Shown: piece by piece, positions 1 to 9,497 of the stretch
Layout: each line of letters opens with the position of its first letter
Numbering within the stretch: the stretch's first letter is position 1
Assembly (NCBI GenBank): GCA_965116925.1
Contig: OZ220744.1
Location: forward strand, 64,001 to 128,000
Origin: Candidatus Poribacteria bacterium
Lineage (GTDB): Bacteria; Poribacteria; WGA-4E; PCPOR2b
Direction of reading: 5' to 3'
Length of the DNA stretch: 64,000 nt
Translations under genes and position numbers: made by a program
Notes under the pieces: model-generated
Database searches by the model: none
Seen by the model: the letters and a program-made list of their open reading frames with translations, nothing else
Told to the model about the DNA's origin: nothing

Positions 1-1845
1 TGGGACTTGGGGGAAGATAGTAAGCAAGAAACTGCGCTTGCGATGCTCGCTTTGATGTCGGCGGGGGTTCCTTCCTCAGATCCTGCTATACAACAGGGGC
101 TCGATTTTCTTATGCAGCAGGATTGGAATTCCTTTGATGCCTACGTTCACTCCATCGTTTTGCCCACGCTCGTTGCTGCCGACCTGCCAGAATATCGCAA
201 GCGTGCCCAGTTTTCAGTGAATCAGCTCGTTAAGCTTCAGTTGCCATTTGGGGGCGAGGAGTTTTCAGATCCAAGAGATTTTGGTGGTTGGGGCTACGGG
301 GCAACAGCCGATGGGGCGCACTTTAACTGGGTTATTTACGCCCTTTACGCTGCAAAACAGTGGGGACTTGACGTTCCCGCAGAGACTTGGAAACGCGCCG
401 AAGAATGGATTCGCAGCAATCAGACAGAGACCGGCGGTTGGCTCTATAATCGGGTGGAGCACGGCTCACCTTGGGCGGAAGGCGTCTACGGTAGCATGAC
501 CGCGACAGGGCTTTGGACGCTCCGCGCGTTTGGCGTGCCTGTTGAGGACCCACAGGTGCAGAAGGGGTTGGAGTGGGTCAAAAAACATTGGTCACTTACT
601 CGCAATCCCGGCGCGAACTCTTGGCATCACTACTATTTTGTGACATTACAACGTTTCTGCGACATCCCACCGAAACAGGATACGCTGGTTGGACATGATT
701 GGTATCAGGACATCGCTAGTATGTTCGTTGCCGAGCAGCAACCCGATGGACGCTGGATCGATCACGAGGACTATTTCCCCACAACCTGCTTCGCGCTGAT
801 GTTTCTGACACGTTCCTTGCCGAAACCGATGCAGCCAGACCTCGGTGCCGTGAACCGTAGCTTGCGCTACTCTCCGCCTTCGCCGCGTGTCGGCGATCCT
901 GTACGAATCAGCGTAACACTGACAAATACCGGCGCACCAATTGAAGCAACGATTCCTGTAAATTTTTACGATGGACCTCCGGCGCAAGGGGGAAGAAAAA
1001 TCGATTCTCAAGAGGTCCTCTTTAATGAGAATCTTGATGAAACCACTACTGAAATTAATTGGATCCCAAGCGAGGACGGAAATCTTACACTCTATGTCGT
1101 CGTTGACCCAAGTCAGGATATTGCGGACCTGAATCGCGATAACAATACCATATCACAGCAATTAACCATCCGCCCGGAGTCCGCAGATGCGATTGACCCA
1201 GCTTCCGATATTCAGGAGATCGGTGATGGCATCTATCAAATTGGGACTGTCACTGTTGATGCCAATAAACATGAAGTGGTGATGAACGGTGAAATCAACC
1301 TTATCAGTCCGGAGACCATCCTCGAATTTTTTGCTGTCGGTGAATTGGGCAAGACACATGAGAGCCTCATTATGCTCGACGCAGAGCCGATACACATCCA
1401 ACTCGCGCTGCTCCGCTTGAATCTGAATCCGGGTATGAACCTCACTGTGGAAGGCGATCCCCATCTTCCCAAAGGCGATCCGGTCGAGCTATGGGTCGAA
1501 TGGGCACGCGGTGAGCAGATCATTCGGCATCGTGCCGAAGAACTGGTGTGGAATGTGATGACGAAGCAGCCGATGCAACAAACCCACTGGGTTTTCACTG
1601 GTGGACGCTTTCTCCGTAACCAGTTCACCACTCAGCTGTTTCACAATATCATTGCTGTTTACCGCGATCCAGACTCAATCTTTAACCATCCGCTGCCTGG
1701 GGGCACAGACGACCGAACCTACCGCGTCAATACAGATGTTGTGCCGCCCAAGGCAACGCCGGTAAAAATCATTGCCCGACAAATTCAGAGTGAGACGCAG
1801 GGGAACCGACTCGATAGCCCTACCAATCAGCGACTGGGTGAATAG
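1..1845 (+). CDS. Multidomain protein, 5'-truncated by window edge: prenyltransferase/squalene-oxidase-type alpha-alpha barrel repeats + CARDB Ig-like domain + YdjY-like C-terminal domain
   Basis: Frame open from base 1; QW-like motifs NQTETGGWLY and EQQPDGRW; CARDB pattern PDL...VTLTNTG...VVVDP..I..LNRDNN; C-terminal LEFFAV...GKTHESL...IQLALL. Confidence 0.65.
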   Translation, partial: WDLGEDSKQETALAMLALMSAGVPSSDPAIQQGLDFLMQQDWNSFDAYVHSIVLPTLVAADLPEYRKRAQFSVNQLVKLQLPFGGEEFSDPRDFGGWGYGATADGAHFNWVIYALYAAKQWGLDVPAETWKRAEEWIRSNQTETGGWLYNRVEHGSPWAEGVYGSMTATGLWTLRAFGVPVEDPQVQKGLEWVKKHWSLTRNPGANSWHHYYFVTLQRFCDIPPKQDTLVGHDWYQDIASMFVAEQQPDGRWIDHEDYFPTTCFALMFLTRSLPKPMQPDLGAVNRSLRYSPPSPRVGDPVRISVTLTNTGAPIEATIPVNFYDGPPAQGGRKIDSQEVLFNENLDETTTEINWIPSEDGNLTLYVVVDPSQDIADLNRDNNTISQQLTIRPESADAIDPASDIQEIGDGIYQIGTVTVDANKHEVVMNGEINLISPETILEFFAVGELGKTHESLIMLDAEPIHIQLALLRLNLNPGMNLTVEGDPHLPKGDPVELWVEWARGEQIIRHRAEELVWNVMTKQPMQQTHWVFTGGRFLRNQFTTQLFHNIIAVYRDPDSIFNHPLPGGTDDRTYRVNTDVVPPKATPVKIIARQIQSETQGNRLDSPTNQRLGE

Positions 1846-1913
1846 GCAAATCGTCTGACGTAAGTCCCCCGATGCTTCATTGAGGGTTCAAAGCAACTTG
1901 AGAGGGACTAACG

Positions 1914-2849
1914 GTGAACATTCACGATAGCGGATATAAAAAACTCTTTTCCAATCAAACCATATTTCGACAACTGCTTGAAACCTTTGTCAAACAACAA
2001 TGGATCGATCAACTCGATTTTTCGACTTGTGAAACGCTTGATAAATCATTCATCTCTCAACACTACCAAGAAACCGAGAGCGACTTGATTTACAAAGTCC
2101 AGTTGCGTAACCATGAGGTTTATATTTACATCCTCATTGAGTTTCAATCTACCATTGATCCGTTCATGGCGTTACGGGTCCTCAACTACATCACCAACTT
2201 CTACATGGACTATATTGCCAATCACAGACAGGTCAAAAAACTACCCGCAGTCTTTCCTATCGTGCTATACAATGGAGAAGACCGCTGGACAGCACCAATT
2301 AACCTCTCTGATTTAATTGAACAAACGCCGTCATTGGGCGCATTTGCTTTAGATTTTCAGTATTTCCTGATTGCTGAGAACCAATACAGCCAACAAGCTC
2401 TGTTGAAAATCCGAAATATCGTATCCACGCTGTTTTTAGCTGAATCACATTACGATGTAGATGTACTGGAGACGGAATTGCTGAATCTGTTTTCATCGGA
2501 AGCGGACAAGCGGGCGGTCAGTCTGTTCTTAAACTGGTTCAAGCAATTGGCACTCCACGGACGGATTGCGTCTGAGGATTATGAGTCATTAGAAACCATC
2601 TATCGAAACGAAGAGGAGGTAAGGACCATGTTAATCACTGCACTAGAAAAAGAGAAGCAGCAAATCTATCATAACGGGCACATAGAAGGCAAAAGAGAAG
2701 GACACCTCGAAGGCAAAATTGAAACCGCCCAGGCAATGCTTTCAAGGGGAATGGAGATTAGACTCATCGCTGAAATTACAAATCTTCCAGAGGCACAACT
2801 CTTGCAACTAAAAGTTGAACTTACTGCCAAAAACAGGTCGCATCAATGA
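1914..2849 (+). CDS. Rpn/YhgA-like recombination-promoting nuclease / putative transposase (PD-(D/E)XK)
   Basis: HDSGYKKLFS N-terminus, SDLIYKV, LIEFQS, PIVLYNG..W motifs, EGK/EGH repeats near C-terminus. Confidence 0.85.
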   Translation: MNIHDSGYKKLFSNQTIFRQLLETFVKQQWIDQLDFSTCETLDKSFISQHYQETESDLIYKVQLRNHEVYIYILIEFQSTIDPFMALRVLNYITNFYMDYIANHRQVKKLPAVFPIVLYNGEDRWTAPINLSDLIEQTPSLGAFALDFQYFLIAENQYSQQALLKIRNIVSTLFLAESHYDVDVLETELLNLFSSEADKRAVSLFLNWFKQLALHGRIASEDYESLETIYRNEEEVRTMLITALEKEKQQIYHNGHIEGKREGHLEGKIETAQAMLSRGMEIRLIAEITNLPEAQLLQLKVELTAKNRSHQ

Positions 2850-2970
2850 ATCCACGAATCTACGCGAATCTGTGCGAAACCATTTCTGATGGTGAGAGTA
2901 TAATTGAGTATAAATCAGCGCGATTAGCGGAACAATGACAAACCCTGTTAGAAACATAAGGACGAGTTAT

Positions 2971-4026
2971 ATGGCACAACAACTTAATCCCAAAGAACAT
3001 AAAATGGTCATTCTCGCCGAAGGTTCATTCGGCATCCTCGAATCAAAAGCAGCGACGGTGTTGGTACGCTACCATACCGATAACGTCGTCGCTGTTATTG
3101 ACAGCGAACAGGCTGGGAAAGATGTCAGTGAGGTTATTGAGATCGGAGAGGGAATTCCGGTCCTTAGCAGCCTTGCGGAAGCGATGGAATTGAACCCAAC
3201 GATGCTCGCCATTGGAATCGCGCCACCGGGGGGTGAATTGCCCGAACCGTGGATAGCGATTCTGAAAGAAGCTATCGGACATGGGCTGCATGTCATGAGT
3301 GGACTCCACTGGTTCCTGAGTGACGATCCACAACTTGCCGACCTCGCTAAACGTAACAACGTCACGTTGTGGGATGTACGAAAGCCTCCGGCAGACCTTC
3401 CGATTGCAACCTGCAAAGCCGACGAAGTAGATCAAACGGTTATCCTGACCGTTGGATCAGATTGTCGAATTGGCAAGATGGTGACAGCGATTGAACTCGC
3501 AGAGACAGCGAGAAATCGGGGCGTGGACGCCGAATTTTGTGCGACAGGTCAGAATGGTATTATGATCTCCGGCTGGGGAATCGCCATTGACGCGGTGATA
3601 TCCGACTTCACAGCGGGCGCGTCAGAGCAGATTGTCTTGGAAGGGGCAACGAAGGCGCATGACCTCCTGATTGTCGAGGGGCAGGGATCGCTGGTGCACC
3701 CCGGCTATTCGGGTGTTACATTGAGTCTCCTACACGGCTCGATGCCCGATGCCATAATCTTCTGCCATCAGCCTTCACGGAAAATTGTCGCCCGGTACAC
3801 TGTGCCCCTCCCTCCAGTACCAGAATTGATCCGTCAGTATGAGATGCTTGCCAACCCCATTAAACCCGCCAAAGTCATTGGGATCGGTCTCAACTGCTTT
3901 GATCTCACCGAAGAAGAAGCCCATCAAGCTGTTGAGGACACAGAGCGAGAGACAGGACTACCCGCCACGGATGTCATCCGTTTTGGAGCGGATAAGTTGG
4001 TTGATGCGATTGGGAGGATCCGTTGA
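2971..4026 (+). CDS. DUF1611 family protein (DgcN-like P-loop protein)
   Basis: SKAATVLVRY, GIAPPGG, TVGSDCRIGKM, ATGQNGIMI, VEGQGSLVHPGYSGV motifs. Confidence 0.85.
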   Translation: MAQQLNPKEHKMVILAEGSFGILESKAATVLVRYHTDNVVAVIDSEQAGKDVSEVIEIGEGIPVLSSLAEAMELNPTMLAIGIAPPGGELPEPWIAILKEAIGHGLHVMSGLHWFLSDDPQLADLAKRNNVTLWDVRKPPADLPIATCKADEVDQTVILTVGSDCRIGKMVTAIELAETARNRGVDAEFCATGQNGIMISGWGIAIDAVISDFTAGASEQIVLEGATKAHDLLIVEGQGSLVHPGYSGVTLSLLHGSMPDAIIFCHQPSRKIVARYTVPLPPVPELIRQYEMLANPIKPAKVIGIGLNCFDLTEEEAHQAVEDTERETGLPATDVIRFGADKLVDAIGRIR

Positions 4027-4158
4027 CGCAGCCGATCCAGACTAAGAGTTGCAGTTGGGCTATTAAGGTGAACAGCGTGCAAAGACGTAAACGTAAATAG
4101 TGCAGCGGATCATTCAAGTGAAAAAGGTGACGAGAAGCCGTGGGAAAAGAGGTGCAAC

Positions 4159-4953
4159 TCAGCTTGGAGTCCCCATTCCGATTTTTCCAAGAGGTTCAGA
4201 GGCGAGCTTTTTGATGGTTTCGATGAACGATTCTCTCGACTGATCAAAAATATCGATCTTTAAGCCGTTGATAAGAGCAATATTGTCCGCAATTCCATAG
4301 CGAGCGATAGTGACATGATTAAGCAGATGTTCACGTAGAACAACCATATCGCCAACCTCGGCGATCGCATCATCAACCGCTTGCCGGATCCACTGGAGGC
4401 AGCGAAATCCGTAGGCACAATCCGAGCAAGCAAGATTCCAATACACGTCCACGACCACCTTTCCCGATATCAGTTCAACTTGGGGCGTTCTTTTTGCGAT
4501 TGAAAATACCTGCTGATGTGGTGCAAACGCCTTCAACAGAAGAACGTATTCCCCTTCTCCTTCGATAATCTTATAGCCTCGCTCAAAGAATACTTCTTTC
4601 GATTTCCACGACCACAATGCAATTCCCCGTCCTTGCATTTGAGAATCCCGCTCTACCTCACTAAGCAGTAGCTGTGCGGCATCGCCGAGACGATTGTGGT
4701 TTTGCCAATCGAACACACAAAGAATGACGTTGACGAAAGTGCCCTGAAGGTTATCAAGGGCTTGTTCAACAGGCATCCATTCAATCGAAGCGGCTTTCTC
4801 ACTCGATTCATCGAATGCCACTTTGCGCCGGAACCCCTTGGGTAACATTTTCCGAACCCATGCCCGTCGGATTTCGTGGATTTCTCCGGATTCTGGGTAG
4901 AGTTGCCCCACATTATTTAAAGTCAGATTGATAATCCTGAATCCCATTGCCAT
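4159..4953 (-). CDS. Hypothetical protein, GNAT-like N-terminal region with a thioredoxin-like C-terminal region (YoaP-like)
   Basis: IEWMP, ILCVF and FFERGY GNAT-like segments; VVVDVYW..ACSDC CxxC motif. Confidence 0.45.
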   Translation of the reverse strand: MAMGFRIINLTLNNVGQLYPESGEIHEIRRAWVRKMLPKGFRRKVAFDESSEKAASIEWMPVEQALDNLQGTFVNVILCVFDWQNHNRLGDAAQLLLSEVERDSQMQGRGIALWSWKSKEVFFERGYKIIEGEGEYVLLLKAFAPHQQVFSIAKRTPQVELISGKVVVDVYWNLACSDCAYGFRCLQWIRQAVDDAIAEVGDMVVLREHLLNHVTIARYGIADNIALINGLKIDIFDQSRESFIETIKKLASEPLGKIGMGTPS

Positions 4954-5053
4954 ATTAGAGATATATTCCCCGCTTGTTTCCAGTATTAGGAAAACAACGA
5001 CTTAAACTGCTAACTAGCAGCGAAGTGTTAGAACTTGAATCAAGGCAGTGTGC

Positions 5054-5419
5054 TTATCCCCAAGTTCCATCTTTGCGCTGATGAAGCATCAAGCGGTTAC
5101 CAAAAGGATCTTCAAAAAATGTCATGTAACAGACAGCCGTCTCTTTGGGGCCATCAACATAAAACCCTTTGTCGCGCAACTCTTCCGTTGCGACATGTAT
5201 GTTTTCTACAGCAAGTGCAACCATTGTTCCCGGTGGGCCCGCATCCCAAAGTGCCAGCGTTACCGGTTCCGTTGAGAGTTCTGCCCAATGAGGATTAGAT
5301 TGAGGATTGTACGATACCGGCATCCCCAGTATGTCCCGGTAGAATTTGATGGCTTGTTCCAGTTTCTTTCTATCTGCTTGGAATAGATTAACAACAAAGT
5401 CAATGCCTTTTACTTTCAT
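5054..5419 (-). CDS. VOC/glyoxalase family protein
   Basis: AIKFYRDILG and FFEDPFGNRLMLH motifs. Confidence 0.85.
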   Translation of the reverse strand: MKVKGIDFVVNLFQADRKKLEQAIKFYRDILGMPVSYNPQSNPHWAELSTEPVTLALWDAGPPGTMVALAVENIHVATEELRDKGFYVDGPKETAVCYMTFFEDPFGNRLMLHQRKDGTWG

Positions 5420-5449
5420 ATCTACTTCCTTTTGATCTGTTGCTGGTGC

Positions 5450-6205
5450 TTAATGGGTCGGCGTAAATCGGCAAACCCTATCGAATGAAATCCGCAACCT
5501 CGGCAGTGCTTCGTAGGGCCAAGGATTAAAAGACTGGGGGATATAGTGGCACGCGAAACTGTGGCGGAATGCCCCCGTCTCCAAAATTGGACCGCCGCGA
5601 TGGATAAGCCTACCGTGGAAGAATACCACATCCCCCTTTGAGGCTTCGACAGTGACTTCTGGAAGCCCATTGCGTTCAAATAGAGCCTCGAATGCGTCTT
5701 CGTGCTGCCAACCATACCAAGGTCCCGGTTTGCCGTTTTCGTCGGTTCTAAAATCCTTCTTATCAATGATCGGACCTTTGTGAGAACCAACTTGAACGTG
5801 GATACTTCCATTCCACGCGCCAACCTCCTGCAGGGCAATCCATGCCGACATGCAGCCCGGAAGATGGTATGCGTCCTGATGCCGACGCTGCTCCGAACCG
5901 ACATAGAAATACATACTCTGTACTGCATCCGGCTCATCGCCGAGAAGCGTCCGCAACGGTTGGTACAGTCTGCTATCCAGCATCCACTCTAATCCCACAG
6001 GTTCGTGCAGGGAACGATTGTGCGTCCGCCGCCAGTCGTCTGGCTTCCGTGGGGGATAGCCCTCGACAGTCTTGCGCCCGGCATGTAGATCCATCATATA
6101 TTCGATAAACCGATCGCACTCATCTGAATCAAAAGCACTTTTGGCGATAGTGAAACCATCCTGTTCGTATTCCTCTTTCTGAACCGATGTCAATTGTATA
6201 TCCAT
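5450..6205 (-). CDS. Phytanoyl-CoA dioxygenase (PhyH) family Fe/2OG dioxygenase
   Basis: YEQDGF, HQD, SAWIAL, GSH, GDVVFFHG.LIH.G motifs. Confidence 0.85.
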   Translation of the reverse strand: MDIQLTSVQKEEYEQDGFTIAKSAFDSDECDRFIEYMMDLHAGRKTVEGYPPRKPDDWRRTHNRSLHEPVGLEWMLDSRLYQPLRTLLGDEPDAVQSMYFYVGSEQRRHQDAYHLPGCMSAWIALQEVGAWNGSIHVQVGSHKGPIIDKKDFRTDENGKPGPWYGWQHEDAFEALFERNGLPEVTVEASKGDVVFFHGRLIHRGGPILETGAFRHSFACHYIPQSFNPWPYEALPRLRISFDRVCRFTPTH

Positions 6206-6241
6206 AAAAACCTCACTGAGCAATCTTGTGAGAGGGATCTT

Positions 6242-7102
6242 CTATACGCCCTCCAACACAACCTCAAGTTCCGCGACACTAGCAACCGCCACCAAAGCAG
6301 TGCTCACACCTTGATTCTCAAGCACCCACGATAACGCCTTCCCGGTCGGCGAAATCTTTTCCTCCGATTCAGCCAATTCACTCCAAGGACCAGCCGTAAA
6401 AGAATAGACAAGCGACAATTCGCTACGCATACTCTCACCGAGGGGCGAAAGTTTCACCAGAGTCTCTTCCGTCGCTTTGGTCCAGTCCGTCCCGGTTTTA
6501 TGTGCCCAACTCAGGTACTGCCCGCCGAGTGCCTTCATTACCAAGACTCCCTTTCCCGCTTTGGAGGATGCCCGAATACCTGCTGCCTGATCGCGGCAGA
6601 CGTAATTGTAGATAACCAAGTCTGCATCCGCCGCCTTTTCTGGACCGCGCGTTACATAGGCATCTTGGTCCTCCTCAAAATGGCGTATTGTACAAAGCGA
6701 TCGCACCTTCCCCATCTGTTTGAGATCGGCGATTCGTTTCCTCAACTGGACATCCTTCATATAAGCGTAATAGTGCACCCGGAGGATGTCAATCGCGTCT
6801 CTACGTATATTCACGAGATGCTTATCAATTATGCCTTCTAAATCTGCTGCTGTGGGTGCGCCTACTTTCAGGGAGAAGTGGTGCTCGTCCGTATTACCCT
6901 TCAACTCTTCCGGGATATGAATTTCATCCCCGTAACCCATGTCAAATAGATTTATCCCGGCTTCGGCTGCTCGCAGATAAATCCGCCGCTTCTCTTCGGG
7001 TGGCGGATGACCGGACTCTCCCTCCCAATAGTGTGCGAGGAGTCCTCCCGTCCCTATAACACTCAACCGCATCCCTGTTCTTCCAAATTCACGATATTCC
7101 AT
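6242..7102 (-). CDS. Aldo/keto reductase-like protein
   Basis: MEYREFGRTGMRLSVIG, GINLFD, IDILRVH, GKVR, MKALGG motifs. Confidence 0.7.
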   Translation of the reverse strand: MEYREFGRTGMRLSVIGTGGLLAHYWEGESGHPPPEEKRRIYLRAAEAGINLFDMGYGDEIHIPEELKGNTDEHHFSLKVGAPTAADLEGIIDKHLVNIRRDAIDILRVHYYAYMKDVQLRKRIADLKQMGKVRSLCTIRHFEEDQDAYVTRGPEKAADADLVIYNYVCRDQAAGIRASSKAGKGVLVMKALGGQYLSWAHKTGTDWTKATEETLVKLSPLGESMRSELSLVYSFTAGPWSELAESEEKISPTGKALSWVLENQGVSTALVAVASVAELEVVLEGV

Positions 7103-7336
7103 AATATGCCTTTCTAACGAATTTTCTCGCCATGTAAAGAAATTGGGCGACAACAATCACAGGGGCGGACACTCCCCGCCCGAACATTTTGGGTTTTGGG
7201 CAAACTGTAGGGGCAACCCTTGTGGTTGCTCGTCTTTAGTGTTTCTTTTATTTCTGAAGATTCGTGTTAATTCGCGGAGACTTTAATACTTTGCACCTCT
7301 TTTCAAATTATCCCTGTAAGGTGCCAGGCACCGATA

Positions 7337-7376
7337 AACTAATGAACCCATGAACAAATGGTTTTCACGTTTCACG
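7337..7376. repeat. Intergenic short-repeat element AACTAATGAACCCATGAACAAA...TTCACGTTTCACG (copy 1)
   Basis: Near-identical copy at 51859..51896. Confidence 0.75.
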
Positions 7377-8188
7377 TTACCCATCGTCAGTTTCCGCACT
7401 ACGGAAGTTTAGCGTGAACATCCGTCTGCCCACACGTCCCCCAAACGACGCATGCCAAAGTTGATGGCTGAAAAAGACAACATCGCCCGGCTCAGACTCA
7501 ATGGGGAAACTCGGAATGTCGCACGGTGCTAGTCCGAAGTGATTCACATCGGGATCCGACAGGAATCGTTCCGCACCCTCCTTATTTCCTGTCGCCTGCT
7601 CCCACATTTCAAGGAGTTTTGGGCGCACATTCTCAAACTTATGGGGATCATCTTTCGACGCAGCGGAAGGGACATTCAGGTGAAGCGACCATAACCGATC
7701 GTGGTACGGATTCCGATGCGCGCCCGGAATAACACGCAGGCAGCCCGTGTCCTTGCCGACCGGATCTAGATAAAATGCAATCTTGATGCTCGGATGGTAA
7801 TGATACCGCCACGCCCGACATTTTTGTTGGGGTCGCTTTGACCTTCCGGGATGTGCGGATCCCACCCCATGTCCGGATGCCAGACAGTATCTCCCACGTA
7901 GAAATTGCCATCGTTTCCTTGGTGGAACGTATAACCAGGTCCTAGTAGTTGTTCAATCGGTCCCTCGATACGTTCACTCTTGACCAGCAATTTCGCGCAT
8001 GGTCGTCCAAGGAACCAGTCGTTCACTTGTTGGCGTTTTTTACCATCGAAGGGTTTACCATCTCGATCTTCGAGCATCGCTGCTTCAAAGTCGCGGATAA
8101 TGATAGCCATTTCATTGGGGGAGAACAGTTGCCGAAGTACGACAAATCCGAACACCTCAAAATGTTGTTGTTGTGGTTTGGTGAGCAT
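7377..8188 (-). pseudogene. Frameshifted PhyH family dioxygenase
   Basis: N-half ORF 7766..8188 (FEVFGFVVLRQL, WHPD) and C-half ORF 7377..7865 (IKIAFYLD..LRVIPGAH, PGDVVFF..LWHAS) lie in different frames; shift near the T5 run at 7821-7825. Confidence 0.75.
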
Positions 8189-8226
8189 ATTTTCCTCCAG
8201 ATATGCCTTTCACCGATTCTCCATAA

Positions 8227-9219
8227 TCACAAAGAAATCACCTCTTTTTTGTGATGAGAATCGAGTATGGCGTGTGAGATTTTAAGAGCCGCCAAGCCGT
8301 CGGCACCCGTAACTGACGGGGGCAGATCGTTGGCTATACAATCAATAAAATGACGACTTTCCATCTCGTAGCAATCTGAGGTGGCATAGGAATCATCGAT
8401 CACTTCAATGTGCTCGTGTTCCATCTCACAGGTTTGCCAACGGAAATGTTTTCCAGTCCAGAGTCCCGGACCATCCACAACCGCCGTACCTAGAGTGCCA
8501 ATGATCCCTCGGGCGTTCATGCCGAGGTGAGAGGACCAACTGGCATGAATTACGGCTGTGCCTCCATTGGATAGGGTCAGAACCACATGTGCATTGTCAT
8601 CGAAACCCTTCAGATCTGGATTGGAGACAACAATATTTGCGCGGACATCGACGATTTCTCCCGCTATCCATCGGATAAGATCAATATCGTGTGAAAGGGA
8701 CTCAATACTCATTCCGCACATCAGTTGCGGGTCAGTCCGCCAATTGTACCCTTGAGGAATTCCGGGACCAATCCGTTGACTCCACATATTGACAAGTTTA
8801 CCCAATGTACCGGTGTGAACCATCTCCTTGAGACGATTAAACCCCGTTCTAAACCGATTGTTAAAAGCGATCATCAATTTTACATCAGCTCGTTCGGCGG
8901 CTTGTACCATGGTCACAGCATCAGCTAAGGAGATAGAAATCGGCTTTTCACAGACGACGTGCTTTCCAGCTTCAATCGCCGTCAGTGCCAATTCCCGATG
9001 GGTAGAAGGGGGCGTGAGGATGTATACCACATCAGCGCGATCCACACAATTTTCTAAGTTCTTATAAGCCGTTGCCCCAACCGTACTTGCAAGGATTTCA
9101 GCGCGCTCCTTATTCGGGTCAACGATGCCAACGACATTTGCGCTAGGAATACGCATCAGCGAACTGACGTGTGTTCTGGCAATCCCTCCAGCACCGGCCA
9201 TTATAATATTTATCATCAT
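8227..9219 (-). CDS. Gfo/Idh/MocA family oxidoreductase
   Basis: GAGGIA Rossmann motif, GKHVVCEKP, SHDIDL. Confidence 0.9.
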   Translation of the reverse strand: MMINIIMAGAGGIARTHVSSLMRIPSANVVGIVDPNKERAEILASTVGATAYKNLENCVDRADVVYILTPPSTHRELALTAIEAGKHVVCEKPISISLADAVTMVQAAERADVKLMIAFNNRFRTGFNRLKEMVHTGTLGKLVNMWSQRIGPGIPQGYNWRTDPQLMCGMSIESLSHDIDLIRWIAGEIVDVRANIVVSNPDLKGFDDNAHVVLTLSNGGTAVIHASWSSHLGMNARGIIGTLGTAVVDGPGLWTGKHFRWQTCEMEHEHIEVIDDSYATSDCYEMESRHFIDCIANDLPPSVTGADGLAALKISHAILDSHHKKEVISL

Positions 9220-9336
9220 CGTATCCTTTTTGATTTGGGTGTAACTGAATTTGTGAGACTTCAGGGAGTTATTCAGACCTTGGATAGATAAGTTTTACGA
9301 ACTCCGGTGCCCGTTATATCGCGCAGCTTTTTCCGC

Positions 9337-9365
9337 TTGACAGCCGACCCCCAAAGTGCTAAACT
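9337..9365 (+). promoter_or_regulatory. sigma70-type promoter for the 9498 gene
   Basis: TTGACA-N17-TAAACT with extended TG. Confidence 0.55.
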
Positions 9366-9497
9366 GCAACGAGATACTATCATTATCGGTCCGACAGATC
9401 AAGAAAAAGTTCGGTGTTCTAAACCGGTAAAGTCCAGATCTCAATTATTGAATTTTCTCAGAAATCCCTTCGCAGCGTCTGGGAAGGTAGGTTAACC

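Noticed and set aside
2971..4026. D-glutamate (DgcN/DgcA) catabolic operon
   Set aside because: The usual dipeptide-epimerase partner is not adjacent, so the pathway cannot be supported from this window.
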